Positions 1-9,481 are shown, counted from the stretch's first letter. The stretch: DNA of 24,000 nucleotides from Sphingomonadales bacterium (GCA_031413655.1 JANOFN010000018.1:8887-32886); one strand, 5' to 3'. Translations and numbers: made by a program. Notes: generated by a model from the letters alone, not told the origin.

Positions 1-93
1 GAAGCCGCGCCGAAAAAGGCTGCAGCTCCCAAGGCAGCTGCAAAACCGGCCGCCAAAAAGCCAGCGGCCAAAAAAGCCGACGCGGCCGAATAA
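1..93 (+). CDS. rplU: 50S ribosomal protein L21, C-terminal fragment (gene runs off the 5' edge)
   Basis: Frame-1 reading frame is open from base 1 to TAA at 91-93. It translates to EAAPKKAAAPKAAAKPAAKKPAAKKADAAE, an Ala/Lys/Pro-rich tail of the kind found on alphaproteobacterial L21. It lies 13 nt upstream of rpmA, as in the conserved rplU-rpmA operon. The identity rests on context and composition only. Confidence 0.6.
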   Translation, partial: EAAPKKAAAPKAAAKPAAKKPAAKKADAAE

Positions 94-106
94 GGAGTTT
101 TGAACC

Positions 107-376
107 ATGGCACATAAAAAAGCAGGCGGTTCATCGCGTAACGGTCGTGATTCGGCCGGTCGTCGTCTTGGCGTGAAAAAGTTCGGTGGCGAGCTCGCCA
201 TTCCGGGCAATATTCTCGTCCGCCAACGCGGCACGAAATTCTATCCGGGCCGCAATGTCGGCATCGGCACTGACCACACCCTCTTTGCAACCGCCGAAGG
301 CCGCGTGACCTTCCACTCGGGCAAACAGGGCAGAACCTATTGTTCAGTGGATGTGATGGCGGCCGCGGCCGAGTAA
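107..376 (+). CDS. rpmA: 50S ribosomal protein L27
   Basis: 89-aa ORF beginning [28 protein letters not shown]...[26 protein letters not shown], the near-invariant L27 N-terminus and core. AAGGAG lies just upstream (93-98). Confidence 0.97.
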   Translation: MAHKKAGGSSRNGRDSAGRRLGVKKFGGELAIPGNILVRQRGTKFYPGRNVGIGTDHTLFATAEGRVTFHSGKQGRTYCSVDVMAAAAE

Positions 377-440
377 TCAGGCGATCTTTAACCGGGTTGC
401 CCATAGGGTGGCCCGAAGGTCTGGCAAGCCAGACAGATTT

Positions 441-477
441 GAGGGAGACGGGCCACCCCCGCCTCCCTTATTTTTAT
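441..477 (+). terminator. Rho-independent terminator after rpmA
   Basis: AGGGAGACGGG (442-452) pairs with CCCGCCTCCCT (458-468), with one A.C mismatch and a 5-nt loop CCACC. It is followed directly by TATTTTTAT (469-477). Confidence 0.75.
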
Positions 478-557
478 GGCGGTTTAACTCTCCCTTAAAG
501 ACTTTGTCGCTTCCGCGTAATATTGCTGCGGTAACGGCGCGAACGAGGAGAGTGCTC

Positions 558-1115
558 ATGTTTGCACGGACTGAAAGACTATTGTTGAGGCCCGGCTGGG
601 CAGAAGATGCCGCGCCACTTGCCGCAGCGATCGGTGATGAAGCGATCCTGACCAAGCTGGCCAAGGCGCCTTCACCCTATCGCCTGTCGGATGCTGAATC
701 CTTTTTGGGAATGGAGCGTCGTGAAGGCGATGCCGACTTCCTGATCATCGCACGGACCGAAGGCGCGCCGCGCCTGGTCGGCGGCGTCGGCCTGCAACCG
801 GATGGCGAAGAACTGGAACTGGGTTACTGGATCGCGCGGCCCTATTGGGGGCTCGGGTTCGCGACCGAAGCGGCACGCGCCGTGATCGATATTGCCCGCC
901 ATAGCCTCAAAAGGTCGCGGATCGTGTCGGCGCACTTTATCGACAACCCGGCCTCGGGTCGCGTTCTGACCAAGCTCGGGTTCAAGCCGACAGGGGAAAT
1001 CGTTGCCCGAATGTGCCGCGCTCGCGGGCACGCGGTGCCAACGAAGCTGTTCGCGCTGGATTTCGACGACACCTCGGAAGGTGACGCCGGAATCCCGCGA
1101 ATGCTTGCGGCCTGA
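558..1115 (+). CDS. GNAT family N-acetyltransferase (RimJ/RimL-like)
   Basis: Track ORF is 408..1115. I prefer ATG 558, which has GAGGAG at 545-550. The conserved part starts MFARTERLLLRPGW, and the upstream 50 codons overlap the rpmA terminator. GNAT core: ELGYWIARPYWGLGFATEAARAVIDIA...RIVSAHFIDNPASGRVLTKLGF. The position after rplU-rpmA is typical for alphaproteobacteria. Confidence 0.85.
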   Translation: MFARTERLLLRPGWAEDAAPLAAAIGDEAILTKLAKAPSPYRLSDAESFLGMERREGDADFLIIARTEGAPRLVGGVGLQPDGEELELGYWIARPYWGLGFATEAARAVIDIARHSLKRSRIVSAHFIDNPASGRVLTKLGFKPTGEIVARMCRARGHAVPTKLFALDFDDTSEGDAGIPRMLAA

Positions 1116-1123
1116 TTGCGGAC

Positions 1124-1819
1124 CTACCTCACAACCATGCAATTGCCGACCTGCCCGCAAAGCGCGGCCGCGTTGCCAGCGCTCCCAGCGTTGGCACGCA
1201 GGCGATAGTAAGTTTTCCCTCCTACCGAAGCAGCAACAATCGATTTGGGCAATTTGCCCAGCGACGGCATTTTTTGCGTAAGCGTGTTCCACGCATCGTT
1301 GGCGGTTGCTTCCGAATTATATGCGCCCAACTGGATCAGCGTTCCGGGCAGGGCGGGAGGCGTCAGCTTGCCACCAGATGGCGGCATCGGAGTCGTCACG
1401 GCCGGCTTGGCAACCACAACAGCCTTGGCCGGCGCCGCAGATAGCGGCTTTTGTTTGGCAACTGGAGCTTCAGGCTGGGCTGTTACATCAACTTTACCAT
1501 TGGCTTCTGCACCTTCCGAGGCGGCAAAGGTTGAATCGCCCTGTCCCTCGACTTTCATTCCGCCCGGAGCGTCTGGCTTGACCTTGTAATCGCCCTGCTG
1601 TGCAGCGATCAGGGTGCCATCGCCTTCAGCGCCTGGGCTTTGGCTTCGCAACCACCAAACACCGCCGACAATGAGCCCCAAAGCAGCGAGACCGACAAGC
1701 AGAAATCCGATCAGCTTTCCGTGGGAGACACTATCGTCATCGTCGTCGTTCTCGACAGCTTCGAGCCAGGGAAGGCGATCCTCATCCTTGAGGGTCATTT
1801 CATTTTCGGTCTCTGACAT
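1124..1819 (-). CDS. SPOR domain-containing membrane protein
   Basis: 231 aa with four parts:
- an acidic N-terminus (DDDDD);
- one TM helix, LIGFLLVGLAALGLIVGGVWWL;
- an Ala/Pro-rich linker;
- a C-terminal SPOR-like module, LIQLGAYNSEATANDAWNTL...KTYYRLRANAGSAGNAAALCGQV.
The gene starts 4 nt after the argS stop, so it is probably in the same operon. Confidence 0.85.
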   Translation of the reverse strand: MSETENEMTLKDEDRLPWLEAVENDDDDDSVSHGKLIGFLLVGLAALGLIVGGVWWLRSQSPGAEGDGTLIAAQQGDYKVKPDAPGGMKVEGQGDSTFAASEGAEANGKVDVTAQPEAPVAKQKPLSAAPAKAVVVAKPAVTTPMPPSGGKLTPPALPGTLIQLGAYNSEATANDAWNTLTQKMPSLGKLPKSIVAASVGGKTYYRLRANAGSAGNAAALCGQVGNCMVVR

Positions 1820-1823
1820 TGTC

Positions 1824-3560
1824 CTACATCTCCTCGGCCGCTGTCACTCCCATGATTGACAAGCCGTTAGCTATAATTTGCCCGATTGCTGATGCGATGA
1901 AAAGCCGCGAAAGCGTTAATCCGGGGTTGTTAACGATCAATATGCGCCGATCGGGCCGATCATTGCCCAGATTCCAGTGTGCGTGGAAGCTCGCAGCAAG
2001 ATCATAGAGGTAGAATGCGATACGATGCGGTTCATGATTCGCCGCTGCCGCTTCCACAATCCGAGGGAATTGTGCGGCCAATCTCGCCAACTCCAGATCT
2101 TCGGCGTCGAGCAGCTGCAAATCGGCTTCACCAGAGATTCCGGCCTCTGCGACCTTGCGCTTCAGCGATGCGATCCGCGCATGGGCATACTGGACATAAA
2201 AGACCGGATTGTCCTTTGACGCTTCCACGACCTTTGCGAAGTCGAAGTCCATCTGGGCGTCGGCTTTGCGGGACAACATCGTAAAGCGGACGACATCCTT
2301 GCCCACTTCACGGACGACATCGGCGAGCGTCACAAAATTGCCTGCCCGTTTGGACATTTTGATCGGCTCGCCGCCGCGCAAAAGCCGAACCATCTGGACA
2401 ATTTTGACATCGAACTCGACTCGGTCTTCGGTCAATGCCGCCACAGCTGCCTTGATCCGCTTGACCGTCCCGGCATGATCGGCGCCCCAGATGTCGATCA
2501 GCATGTCGGCCTTTTCGGCCTTTTGGTAGTGATAGGCCATGTCGGCGCCGAAATAGGTCCAGCTGCCATCGGATTTGCGGATCGGGCGATCCTGGTCGTC
2601 GCCATATTTCGTTGAACGGAAAAGCGGGAGCATGACCGGTTCCCAATCTTCGGGCGTCTCCCCCTTCGGCGCTTCGAGCATCCCGTCATAAATCAGGTCG
2701 CGCGCGCGCAGTGTCGCCTCGGCCGCTTCGGGCTTCTTTGCTTTCTGAACCTCGGCCTCGGAGGCGAACAAGTCATGATGAATACCGAGCAGGGCTAGAT
2801 CTTCACGGATCATGACCAGCATCGCGGCGACGGCCGTTTCGCGGAACAGCGCCAACCATTCACTTTCGGGTTTTCCGACAAACGCCTTGCCATGTTCGGC
2901 GGCCAGCTTTTGCGCCACGGGGATCAGATAATCGCCGGGATAGAGGCCTTCGGGGATCTCTCCAACATCCTCGCCAAGCGCCGCGCGGTAACGCAAATGG
3001 ACCGAGCGTGCGAGGACATCGACCTGCCCACCAGCATCATTCACATAATATTCGCGGGTGACGGCATAGCCCGCATATTCGAGCACCGAGGCCAGCGCGT
3101 CGCCAACGACGGCTCCCCGGCAATGGCCCATATGCATCGGGCCGGTCGGGTTGGCGGAGACATACTCGACATTGACCCGCTTGCCCGCGCCCGTTGTCGA
3201 GCGGCCATAATCCTTGCCCAGATCGGCGATCGTCAAAAGCTCGTCACGCCAGCTCTGATCGACCAGCTTCAGATTGATGAAGCCCGGCCCGGCAATGCTC
3301 GCGCTGGCCACGTCGTCGAGTGCGTCGAGTTTTGCCACCAGCAGTTCAGCGAGCGCGCGCGGATTAAGCCCTGCGCCCTTCGCCAGCACCATCGCCGCAT
3401 TGGTCGCAAGATCGCCATGCGCCGGATCGCGCGGCGGCTCGACCGTCACGGCCTTACGCGGAAGCTCAGTGACAAGCGCCCCTTCGGCTTCGAGCCTATC
3501 GAGGGCTGCATCGAGATGGGCTGCGTAACGGGCATAAAGGGTCACAAGGCGGACTTTCAA
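1824..3560 (-). CDS. argS: Arginine--tRNA ligase
   Basis: 578 aa. Class-I signature SANPTGPMHMGHCRGAVVGD (HIGH variant) and IKMSKRAGNFV (KMSKS variant). C-terminal DALR anticodon-binding region ends in the typical terminal Met. The start codon at 3560 is TTG. The exact start is uncertain, because GTG at 3545 is an alternative. Confidence 0.96.
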   Translation of the reverse strand: MKVRLVTLYARYAAHLDAALDRLEAEGALVTELPRKAVTVEPPRDPAHGDLATNAAMVLAKGAGLNPRALAELLVAKLDALDDVASASIAGPGFINLKLVDQSWRDELLTIADLGKDYGRSTTGAGKRVNVEYVSANPTGPMHMGHCRGAVVGDALASVLEYAGYAVTREYYVNDAGGQVDVLARSVHLRYRAALGEDVGEIPEGLYPGDYLIPVAQKLAAEHGKAFVGKPESEWLALFRETAVAAMLVMIREDLALLGIHHDLFASEAEVQKAKKPEAAEATLRARDLIYDGMLEAPKGETPEDWEPVMLPLFRSTKYGDDQDRPIRKSDGSWTYFGADMAYHYQKAEKADMLIDIWGADHAGTVKRIKAAVAALTEDRVEFDVKIVQMVRLLRGGEPIKMSKRAGNFVTLADVVREVGKDVVRFTMLSRKADAQMDFDFAKVVEASKDNPVFYVQYAHARIASLKRKVAEAGISGEADLQLLDAEDLELARLAAQFPRIVEAAAANHEPHRIAFYLYDLAASFHAHWNLGNDRPDRRILIVNNPGLTLSRLFIASAIGQIIANGLSIMGVTAAEEM

Positions 3561-3653
3561 AACAGGCTCAGAATGTCAGGCGAAAGCGGCCCTTATCCGA
3601 AGCAGGGGCGTGGGTGCAACATGACGGCGGTTCTCTTCGCGCGGACCTGCGCC

Positions 3654-4313
3654 TCAAGCGGAGGAATCACGCGCACTCAGGCGAATTATGCTGCGATTCT
3701 CGTGCACATGAACGCCACCCTCACTTTTGCCCACACACGCCGCGATAGCACTCGCCACACTCTCTGCCGCGATCGAGCGATACTGGTCGAAGACATGGGG
3801 TGTCAGCAGGTCCGTAATCGGGCTGAGTGCCATCATGATCCCTTCACCGGGGCGGCTGGTTCCCTCGCGATTCCCGCGCAGCAAGCCGGGGCGGAAGATA
3901 TCAATCCGTTCGAAACCCACTGCTTTTACGCCAGCCTCGGCTTCGCCCTTGGTTCGCAGGTAGAAATTTCGTGCGTCTGCGTTGGCGCCGACCGATGTGA
4001 CGACCAGGAACCGCCGCGCACCAGCCGCCTTCGCAGCTGTGGCGAAGGCAATGACAGCATCGCGATCGAGCGCAGCAAATGCAGATTGCGACCCCGCGAC
4101 CCGGATCGTCGTACCAAGACAGCAAATCGCCATATCATGAGTCGATTGTGCGACAAGTGCTGGCCAGCGCTCTACCGGACCGACAAGCTCTTCAGCCTCT
4201 TGCGGGGGGTTGGGCACCTTGCGGCGACCCACCAGCGTCAGCGTGTGTCCGGCAAGGCGCGGAAGCAACAATCCGCCGACCAGTCCACTTGCCCCTGTCA
4301 TCACGATCCGCAT
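3654..4313 (-). CDS. NAD(P)H-binding atypical short-chain dehydrogenase/epimerase-like protein
   Basis: Track ORF extends to 4586, but the Rossmann N-terminus MRIVMTGASGLVGG starts at ATG 4313 (cat at 4311-4313). The product is about 219 aa with a VVTSVGA...YLRTKGEAE pattern, typical of NAD(P)H-binding (NmrA/HTATIP2-like) proteins. Substrate unknown. Confidence 0.8.
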   Translation of the reverse strand: MRIVMTGASGLVGGLLLPRLAGHTLTLVGRRKVPNPPQEAEELVGPVERWPALVAQSTHDMAICCLGTTIRVAGSQSAFAALDRDAVIAFATAAKAAGARRFLVVTSVGANADARNFYLRTKGEAEAGVKAVGFERIDIFRPGLLRGNREGTSRPGEGIMMALSPITDLLTPHVFDQYRSIAAESVASAIAACVGKSEGGVHVHENRSIIRLSARDSSA

Positions 4314-4361
4314 GCACCAACCTTTTTCAGCCTGTTCGGGGGCACATAGACCATCAGGGCT

Positions 4362-4403
4362 GCAAAAAGGAAATGGGGCGGCAAACCCGTCGGCTGCCGC
4401 CCC
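4362..4403 (-). terminator. Probable intrinsic terminator about 155 nt downstream of the ispE stop
   Basis: The minus strand reads GGGGCGGCA-gccgacgggtt-TGCCGCCCC-ATTTCCTTTTTGC. That is a 9-bp GC stem and an 11-nt loop, followed by a T-rich tract. Confidence 0.5.
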
Positions 4404-4558
4404 GTTCATGGTGCGCATTGGCCATGCGGGCCATGAGCGGATGATACGCATTGCGCATGACCCGTTGGCTTTGCTCCGCAACGACCGTGCCAAGCCCGGA
4501 TTTTCGGGATTCCTGCCCGGATTGGCAGTATGATCCGTGCCATCGTGGCACGCGTGGG

Positions 4559-5377
4559 TCACCTGAGAACGGTCGACATGTGCCAAAACGGGACTTGCCG
4601 TGCGGCGGCATCGCGCGCCTCGAGGCTGTCAAAAAGCGCAAAGCAGGTGGCTCCCGATCCTGACATTCGCACGAAATTCGCGCCTGGTTGGCCCTCAAGC
4701 AGCGCGAGCAGGTCGGCAATCTCTGGTACGAGCGCGATTGCCGCAGGTGAAAGGTCGTTTCGTCCGTTCCGCCAATGCACAGGATCTAGTGCGCCCCGGT
4801 CAATCCTGTCCCAGGCAGCAAAGACCGGCGCCGTCGACAGGGCGATGCCTGGATTGGCAAGCAGCAGGGGTGTGCCGGAAAGAGCGGGGTCTCTAAACGG
4901 TGTGAGTTCGTCCCCGCGCCCCGCGCCAAAACAGGTTGCGCTTCGAACGCAGGCAGGCACATCAGCGCCCAGCGTGCATGCGACGGCCATGATTGCCGGA
5001 TCGCCTGGATCGATGCCCCAGAGCTTTGCCAGAAGCCGCAAGGCTGCGGCGGCGTCGGCCGATCCGCCCCCGAGTCCGGCGGCCACAGGCAAGTGCTTGT
5101 CGAGGTGAAGCGCTGCACCCTGGCGAGTCTTTGTGGCAACCTGCAAGGCGTGTGCCGCGCGCAGGACAAGATTGTCGTTCTCGCCCTCAAGGCCGGCCGC
5201 ATGTGACCCTGAAAGCGTGAGCGAAAGGCCATCTGCCGGCGCGCCGCTCAGCTGGTCTCCGTCGCGGGCAAAGGCGAACAGCGTTTCGAGTTCGTGATAA
5301 CCGTCGGTTCGCCGCGCCCGAACGTGCAGGGCGAGATTGATCTTCGCATACGCTGTTTCGACCAGCGTCTTCGTCAT
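4559..5377 (-). CDS. ispE: 4-diphosphocytidyl-2-C-methyl-D-erythritol kinase
   Basis: 272 aa. N-terminal AKINLALHVRARRTDGYHELETLF and GHMP-kinase phosphate-binding loop LPVAAGLGGGSADAAAAL. The start overlaps the stop of the upstream TPR gene (ATGA at 5374-5377). Confidence 0.95.
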   Translation of the reverse strand: MTKTLVETAYAKINLALHVRARRTDGYHELETLFAFARDGDQLSGAPADGLSLTLSGSHAAGLEGENDNLVLRAAHALQVATKTRQGAALHLDKHLPVAAGLGGGSADAAAALRLLAKLWGIDPGDPAIMAVACTLGADVPACVRSATCFGAGRGDELTPFRDPALSGTPLLLANPGIALSTAPVFAAWDRIDRGALDPVHWRNGRNDLSPAAIALVPEIADLLALLEGQPGANFVRMSGSGATCFALFDSLEARDAAARQVPFWHMSTVLR

Positions 5378-7017
5378 TTGGCGGGCGGGCGAGGGCCGTC
5401 GGTAATCTTGCGCTCAATCCGACGCGTGGCATCGTCCTCCTCGGCCTGAACGAGAGCGGCACGCCAGGCATAACGGGCATCGACCCGCCGTCCCGCCGCC
5501 CAATAGGCGTCGCCCAGATGTTCGCCCAGAGCGGCCTCGGTCGGGTCGGCAGCTACGGCCCGTTCCAACAGGGGAATGGATTGTTCGGGTTGTCCCCGCA
5601 GATAAAAGGCCCAACCGAGTGAGTCGGTTATTGCGGCATCATCGGGACGGAGCGAACTGGCCTTGGCTATCAATCGCGTCGCTTCGACCAGATCCTCGCC
5701 ATGTTCGAGCATGGCATAACCAAGATGGTTGAGCGCGGCGGGTTGATCAGGGCCTAATGCCACGGCCCGTTCGAGGGCAGGCTTGGCCTTCATCCAATCG
5801 CCTGCCTGATCAAGAGCCCCGCCATAGAGTAGCCAGAGATTCCAGGGAGGATCATCCCCTGCTCGCTTGATTGCTTCATGATAGGCATTGGCAGCATCGT
5901 TGTATTGCTTGAGGCGGGCATGGGCGTCGCCAAGCCGTGCATAATCGAACAGGCTGGCATCGGGCAGGGTGATTGCCGCCTGCGCTTCGGCAACAGCGTC
6001 GGTAAGCCGGTCGATCCGCTGCAGGGTGGCGATCCGGATCTCGCGTACGGCCGACTCAAATGGTGGCCCGATACTGTCGAGCACGGCCAAGGCTTCGCCG
6101 GCCCTTCCATTGTTGGCAAGCGTTTGCGCGAGTGTCAGTTTCATCGCATCATCGGCGGGTGCGGCGAAGCTGGCAATGCGCGCAAGCGTCAGCGAAGCCG
6201 GCGAGGCATTGTCGCGAACGAGATCGCTCGCAACCCGCGCGATAAGCTTGGCTGCGCCCGCGCTTGCTGAATCAATCGCGCCCGGAAGCGGCCTTCCGGC
6301 TTCGACGATGGCGCGGGCGTCACGGAGCGTAGGATCGGTGCCGCCAAGCAGTTCAAGCGCCTTTGGCCGTTCCTTGAGTGCGACCAACCGCGCTGCTGCA
6401 GCAAGTCTCAACGGCAGGCCGCGGCCGTCAATCCTTGTCTGCGCCTTCGCAGCGACCAAACCTTCGTCCACACGCCTGATCGCAAGAAGCAAAAGGACGC
6501 GTTGTTCGCGCATGTAGGCGAATCCCAGCACATCGCTCGTTTGCTGATCCGATTCCGCTAGCGGATCACTGTCTCGTGCGCCAAGCGCCGTCCAGGCGCG
6601 TAAACCCGGGACAATGAAATCGAACCCTTGTGCTTCTTCGATCCGATCGAGCCAAAGCTTGGCGCCGCGCCAATCGCCCTTTGCCATTGATTCCGTAAAG
6701 AGGAGGAGTCGGGCATCCTGAGGCAATCGCTGCAATGCTTCGAGCGCGCGCGCCGCCCGAATGGCAAGCGGCTTGTTACCGGCCTCAACCGCTTCACGAT
6801 AGGCGCGCAGCGCGATCCGTTCATTGTCCGGTGCGCCTGTCAGCGCCTGCGCGTATATTTCGGCAGCCTTGGAATTGGCTTCGCTGGCATCGAGGATCCG
6901 GGCGGACACATAACGCGAAAGTGCCGACGGCTGAACCGACCTTGCCGATGCGGGCGGTGCAAACGAAAGCACCGTCATGACGGCGGCAACGCTACATATT
7001 CGGATAGTTCGGGCCAC
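5374..7017 (-). CDS. Exported tetratricopeptide-repeat (TPR) protein
   Basis: 547 aa with a signal-like N-terminus, MARTIRICSVAAVMTVLSFAPPASA. There are multiple TPR-like A/L/Y-rich repeats toward the C-terminus, for example YARLGDAHARLKQYNDAANAYHEAIK and LGYAMLEHGEDLVEATRLIAKA. It is translationally coupled to ispE. The start overlaps the ETF-QO 3' end by 26 nt, so the exact start is uncertain. Confidence 0.85.
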   Translation of the reverse strand: MARTIRICSVAAVMTVLSFAPPASARSVQPSALSRYVSARILDASEANSKAAEIYAQALTGAPDNERIALRAYREAVEAGNKPLAIRAARALEALQRLPQDARLLLFTESMAKGDWRGAKLWLDRIEEAQGFDFIVPGLRAWTALGARDSDPLAESDQQTSDVLGFAYMREQRVLLLLAIRRVDEGLVAAKAQTRIDGRGLPLRLAAAARLVALKERPKALELLGGTDPTLRDARAIVEAGRPLPGAIDSASAGAAKLIARVASDLVRDNASPASLTLARIASFAAPADDAMKLTLAQTLANNGRAGEALAVLDSIGPPFESAVREIRIATLQRIDRLTDAVAEAQAAITLPDASLFDYARLGDAHARLKQYNDAANAYHEAIKRAGDDPPWNLWLLYGGALDQAGDWMKAKPALERAVALGPDQPAALNHLGYAMLEHGEDLVEATRLIAKASSLRPDDAAITDSLGWAFYLRGQPEQSIPLLERAVAADPTEAALGEHLGDAYWAAGRRVDARYAWRAALVQAEEDDATRRIERKITDGPRPPAK

Positions 7018-8632
7018 CGCCGCCCTCCGGGGTCACCCAATTGATGTTCTGGGTCGGATCCTTGATGTCGCAGGTCTTGCAATGAACGCAGTTCTGGGCG
7101 TTGATCTGAAGCTTGGGATTGCCTTCTTCGCGACCGACAATTTCATAAACGCCCGCCGGGCAGTAGCGCGTTTCGGGCGCATCGTAGAGAGCAAGATTGA
7201 CCGTGATTGGAACGTCAGGATCGCGCAATTGCAAATGGACGGGTTGGTCTTCCTCGTGATTGGTGTTGGACAGAAACACCGAGGACAGTCGATCGAAGCT
7301 GATCACGCCATCCGGCTTGGGATAGGCGATAGGGGCATAAAGATCCTGGCGCTGAAGGGCGATCGCATCGGTATGATGCTTCATCGCGATCGGCAGACCG
7401 ATCTTCAACGTGCGCATCCACATGTCGATGCCGGCAATGATCGTCCCGTAATCGCCGCCGAATTTTGCAATCGCCGGTTCGGCATTCTGGACGAGCTTCA
7501 GTTCCTTGGCGATCCAGCTTGCTTTGAGATTCGTCTGATAGTCCGAAAGCTCATCGCCGGAACGGCCCGATGCCAACGCGGCAACGACGCTCTCGGCGAC
7601 AAGCATGCCAGATTTCATCGCGGTATGGCTGCCCTTGATGCGGGGTACGTTCACGAAGCCAGCGGAACAGCCGATCAGTGCGCCACCAGGGAATGCAAGC
7701 TTTGGAACAGACTGCCAGCCTCCCTCATTGATTGCGCGCGCACCATATGACACGCGCTTGCCGCCTTCCAGAATGGCGCGGATCTCGGGATGCTGCTTCC
7801 AACGCTGGAATTCCTCGAACGGGAAGAGGTGCGGATTGGCATAGTCGAGGTTCACAACAAAGCCCAAGGCGACCTGATTGTTCGCCTGATGATAGAGGAA
7901 CCCGCCGCCCCAGGTATCGTCGAGCGGCCAACCCTGGGTGTGGAGCACGCGCCCCGGCACATGCTTGTCGGGGTCGATATCCCACAACTCCTTCATGCCA
8001 AGGCCGTAGACCTGCGGCTGGCAATCGGCCTCGAGATCGTATTTCGGCTTGAGCAGCTTGGTCAGATGCCCGCGCGCACCTTCAGCGAAGAGCGTGTACT
8101 TGGCGTGGAGTTCCATGCCGGGCTGGAAATCCGGCTTGCGGCTGCCGTCACGGGCGACGCCCATGTCGCCGGTCGCAACACCACGCACCGCACCCTTGTC
8201 GTCAAAGAGAATCTCGGCTGCGGGAAAGCCGGGGAAGATTTCGACACCCAGATTTTCCGCCTGCCCCGCCAGCCAGCGGCACAGACTTCCCAGACTGCCT
8301 GTGTAACAGCCATGATTGCTCATGAGTGGCGGCATGAAGGCGTGGGGCAGCGGGTATTTCTTCTTTGCTGACAACACCCAGTGCCAATTGTCGGTGACCG
8401 GCGTTTCGGCCATCGGGCAGCCCTGTTCACGCCAGTCCGGGATCAGTTCGTCAAGCGCCTTGGGGTCAACGACGGCGCCCGAAAGAATATGCGCCCCGAT
8501 TTCAGAGCCCTTTTCGAGAATACAGACAGAAACATCCGGATTGAGCTGTTTGAGCCGAATGGATGCTGCAAGACCTGCCGGACCGCCGCCTACGATAACG
8601 ACATCATACTCCATCGATTCACGTTCACTCAT
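6992..8632 (-). CDS. Electron-transfer flavoprotein:ubiquinone oxidoreductase (ETF-QO)
   Basis: 546 aa. FAD-binding fold YDVVIVGGGPAGLAASIRL. C-terminal 4Fe-4S ferredoxin-like motif CPAGVYE...AQNCVHCKTCDIKDP. The protein ends GGGPNYPNM. GGGGA Shine-Dalgarno lies 7 nt before ATG 8632. Confidence 0.96.
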   Translation of the reverse strand: MSERESMEYDVVIVGGGPAGLAASIRLKQLNPDVSVCILEKGSEIGAHILSGAVVDPKALDELIPDWREQGCPMAETPVTDNWHWVLSAKKKYPLPHAFMPPLMSNHGCYTGSLGSLCRWLAGQAENLGVEIFPGFPAAEILFDDKGAVRGVATGDMGVARDGSRKPDFQPGMELHAKYTLFAEGARGHLTKLLKPKYDLEADCQPQVYGLGMKELWDIDPDKHVPGRVLHTQGWPLDDTWGGGFLYHQANNQVALGFVVNLDYANPHLFPFEEFQRWKQHPEIRAILEGGKRVSYGARAINEGGWQSVPKLAFPGGALIGCSAGFVNVPRIKGSHTAMKSGMLVAESVVAALASGRSGDELSDYQTNLKASWIAKELKLVQNAEPAIAKFGGDYGTIIAGIDMWMRTLKIGLPIAMKHHTDAIALQRQDLYAPIAYPKPDGVISFDRLSSVFLSNTNHEEDQPVHLQLRDPDVPITVNLALYDAPETRYCPAGVYEIVGREEGNPKLQINAQNCVHCKTCDIKDPTQNINWVTPEGGGGPNYPNM

Positions 8633-8755
8633 CGATCGTTCCCCAATCTTTCACTTTTGCTCATGGCCTTCACTCACCGCACGCTCATACCGGCTGGCCA
8701 GATAGCGTACGCGCTGCCGTTGACCAAGACGCTCCAGAGCCCTTTATCTCTTGCT

Positions 8756-9481
8756 ATGGCAGATATCGCAACGGTGATTCCAGTATCCGGCGCAGCAAGC
8801 CTCCTGTCGTGGTGGCAGGAAATGGGCGTCGACACGCTGATTGACGAACGGCCTGTTCCCTGGCTCGATCGTGGGCGGGCAAAAACACCAGTCGCGGATG
8901 TCCCGGCCGCTCCCGCAGAAATCCGTATGCCCGGAACCCTTGCGGCGCTCACGCGCTGGCTTTTGGACAGCCCAGAAGTACCCGAAGCAGGCCCGCCCGT
9001 CCGACGAATTGCGGTGTCCGGAAATCCCGAGGCCGCGCTGATGGTCATGATCGACATGCCTGAACTGGGTGATGTCGATGCCGGACATTTGCTGTCCGGA
9101 GACGTCAGCGATCTGTTTGACCGGATGTTGGCCGCGCTCGGGCTTGACCGCCAATCGACCTATCTGGCGGCCCTGTGTCCGGGGCGGGCGCCAACAGGCC
9201 TGCTGCCGCCGTCAAGCCTTGCCAGATTGGGAGAGATTGCCCGCCACCACATCGGCCTTGCTGCGCCCAAACAGCTCTGGTTGATGGGAAGTGCGGTGAG
9301 CCGTGCGATCCTGGGGATGGAACTCACCCAGGCCCGTGGAACTTTGCATAAATTTAACCATGAGTGGGGCAGTGTTGAGACTGTGGTGAGCTTTTCGCCG
9401 CGCTTTCTGCTCCAGAGCCCGCGCCGCAAGGCCGATGCTTGGGCAGACATGCAGATGCTTATCGGGGAAAACCAGGCGTGA
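8756..9481 (+). CDS. Uracil-DNA glycosylase superfamily (family-4-like) protein with degenerate active-site motifs
   Basis: Track ORF starts at 8381, but its first 125 codons are antisense to the ETF-QO 5' end and promoter. I start at ATG 8756 (MADIATVIPV...); ATG 8663 is possible. The UDG-like layout is:
- N-terminal LLSWWQEMGVDTLIDERP;
- LMVMIDMPELGDVDAGHLLSGDVSDLFDRMLAALGL, at the position of GEAPG..E..G.PF.G.AG.LL..ML;
- VVSFSPRFLLQSPRRKADAW, at the position of the HPS.LL motif. Confidence 0.72.
   Translation: MADIATVIPVSGAASLLSWWQEMGVDTLIDERPVPWLDRGRAKTPVADVPAAPAEIRMPGTLAALTRWLLDSPEVPEAGPPVRRIAVSGNPEAALMVMIDMPELGDVDAGHLLSGDVSDLFDRMLAALGLDRQSTYLAALCPGRAPTGLLPPSSLARLGEIARHHIGLAAPKQLWLMGSAVSRAILGMELTQARGTLHKFNHEWGSVETVVSFSPRFLLQSPRRKADAWADMQMLIGENQA

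Noticed and set aside
408-557. N-terminal extensions offered by the ORF track: GNAT 408-557, NAD(P)H-binding 4314-4586, UDG-like 8381-8755, thiolase-like 16869-16889, M61 18398-18466, pstS-like 23112-23201.
   Set aside because: In each case the extension overlaps a terminator, a neighbouring gene or a promoter region and lacks family sequence. An internal ATG with a Shine-Dalgarno gives the expected N-terminus instead (Rossmann loop, signal peptide or conserved block).
2892-4349. 485-aa plus-strand ORF, the longest unexplained ORF in the track.
   Set aside because: It is antisense to the 5' part of argS, the intergenic region and the whole NAD(P)H-binding gene. Its product is Arg/Ala/Cys-rich with no recognisable motifs. 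This is a typical high-GC antisense artefact.
6977-8371. Plus-strand ORFs 6977..7750 (257 aa) and 7790..8371 (193 aa).
   Set aside because: Both are antisense to ETF-QO, whose identity is unambiguous from its FAD fold and 4Fe-4S motif.
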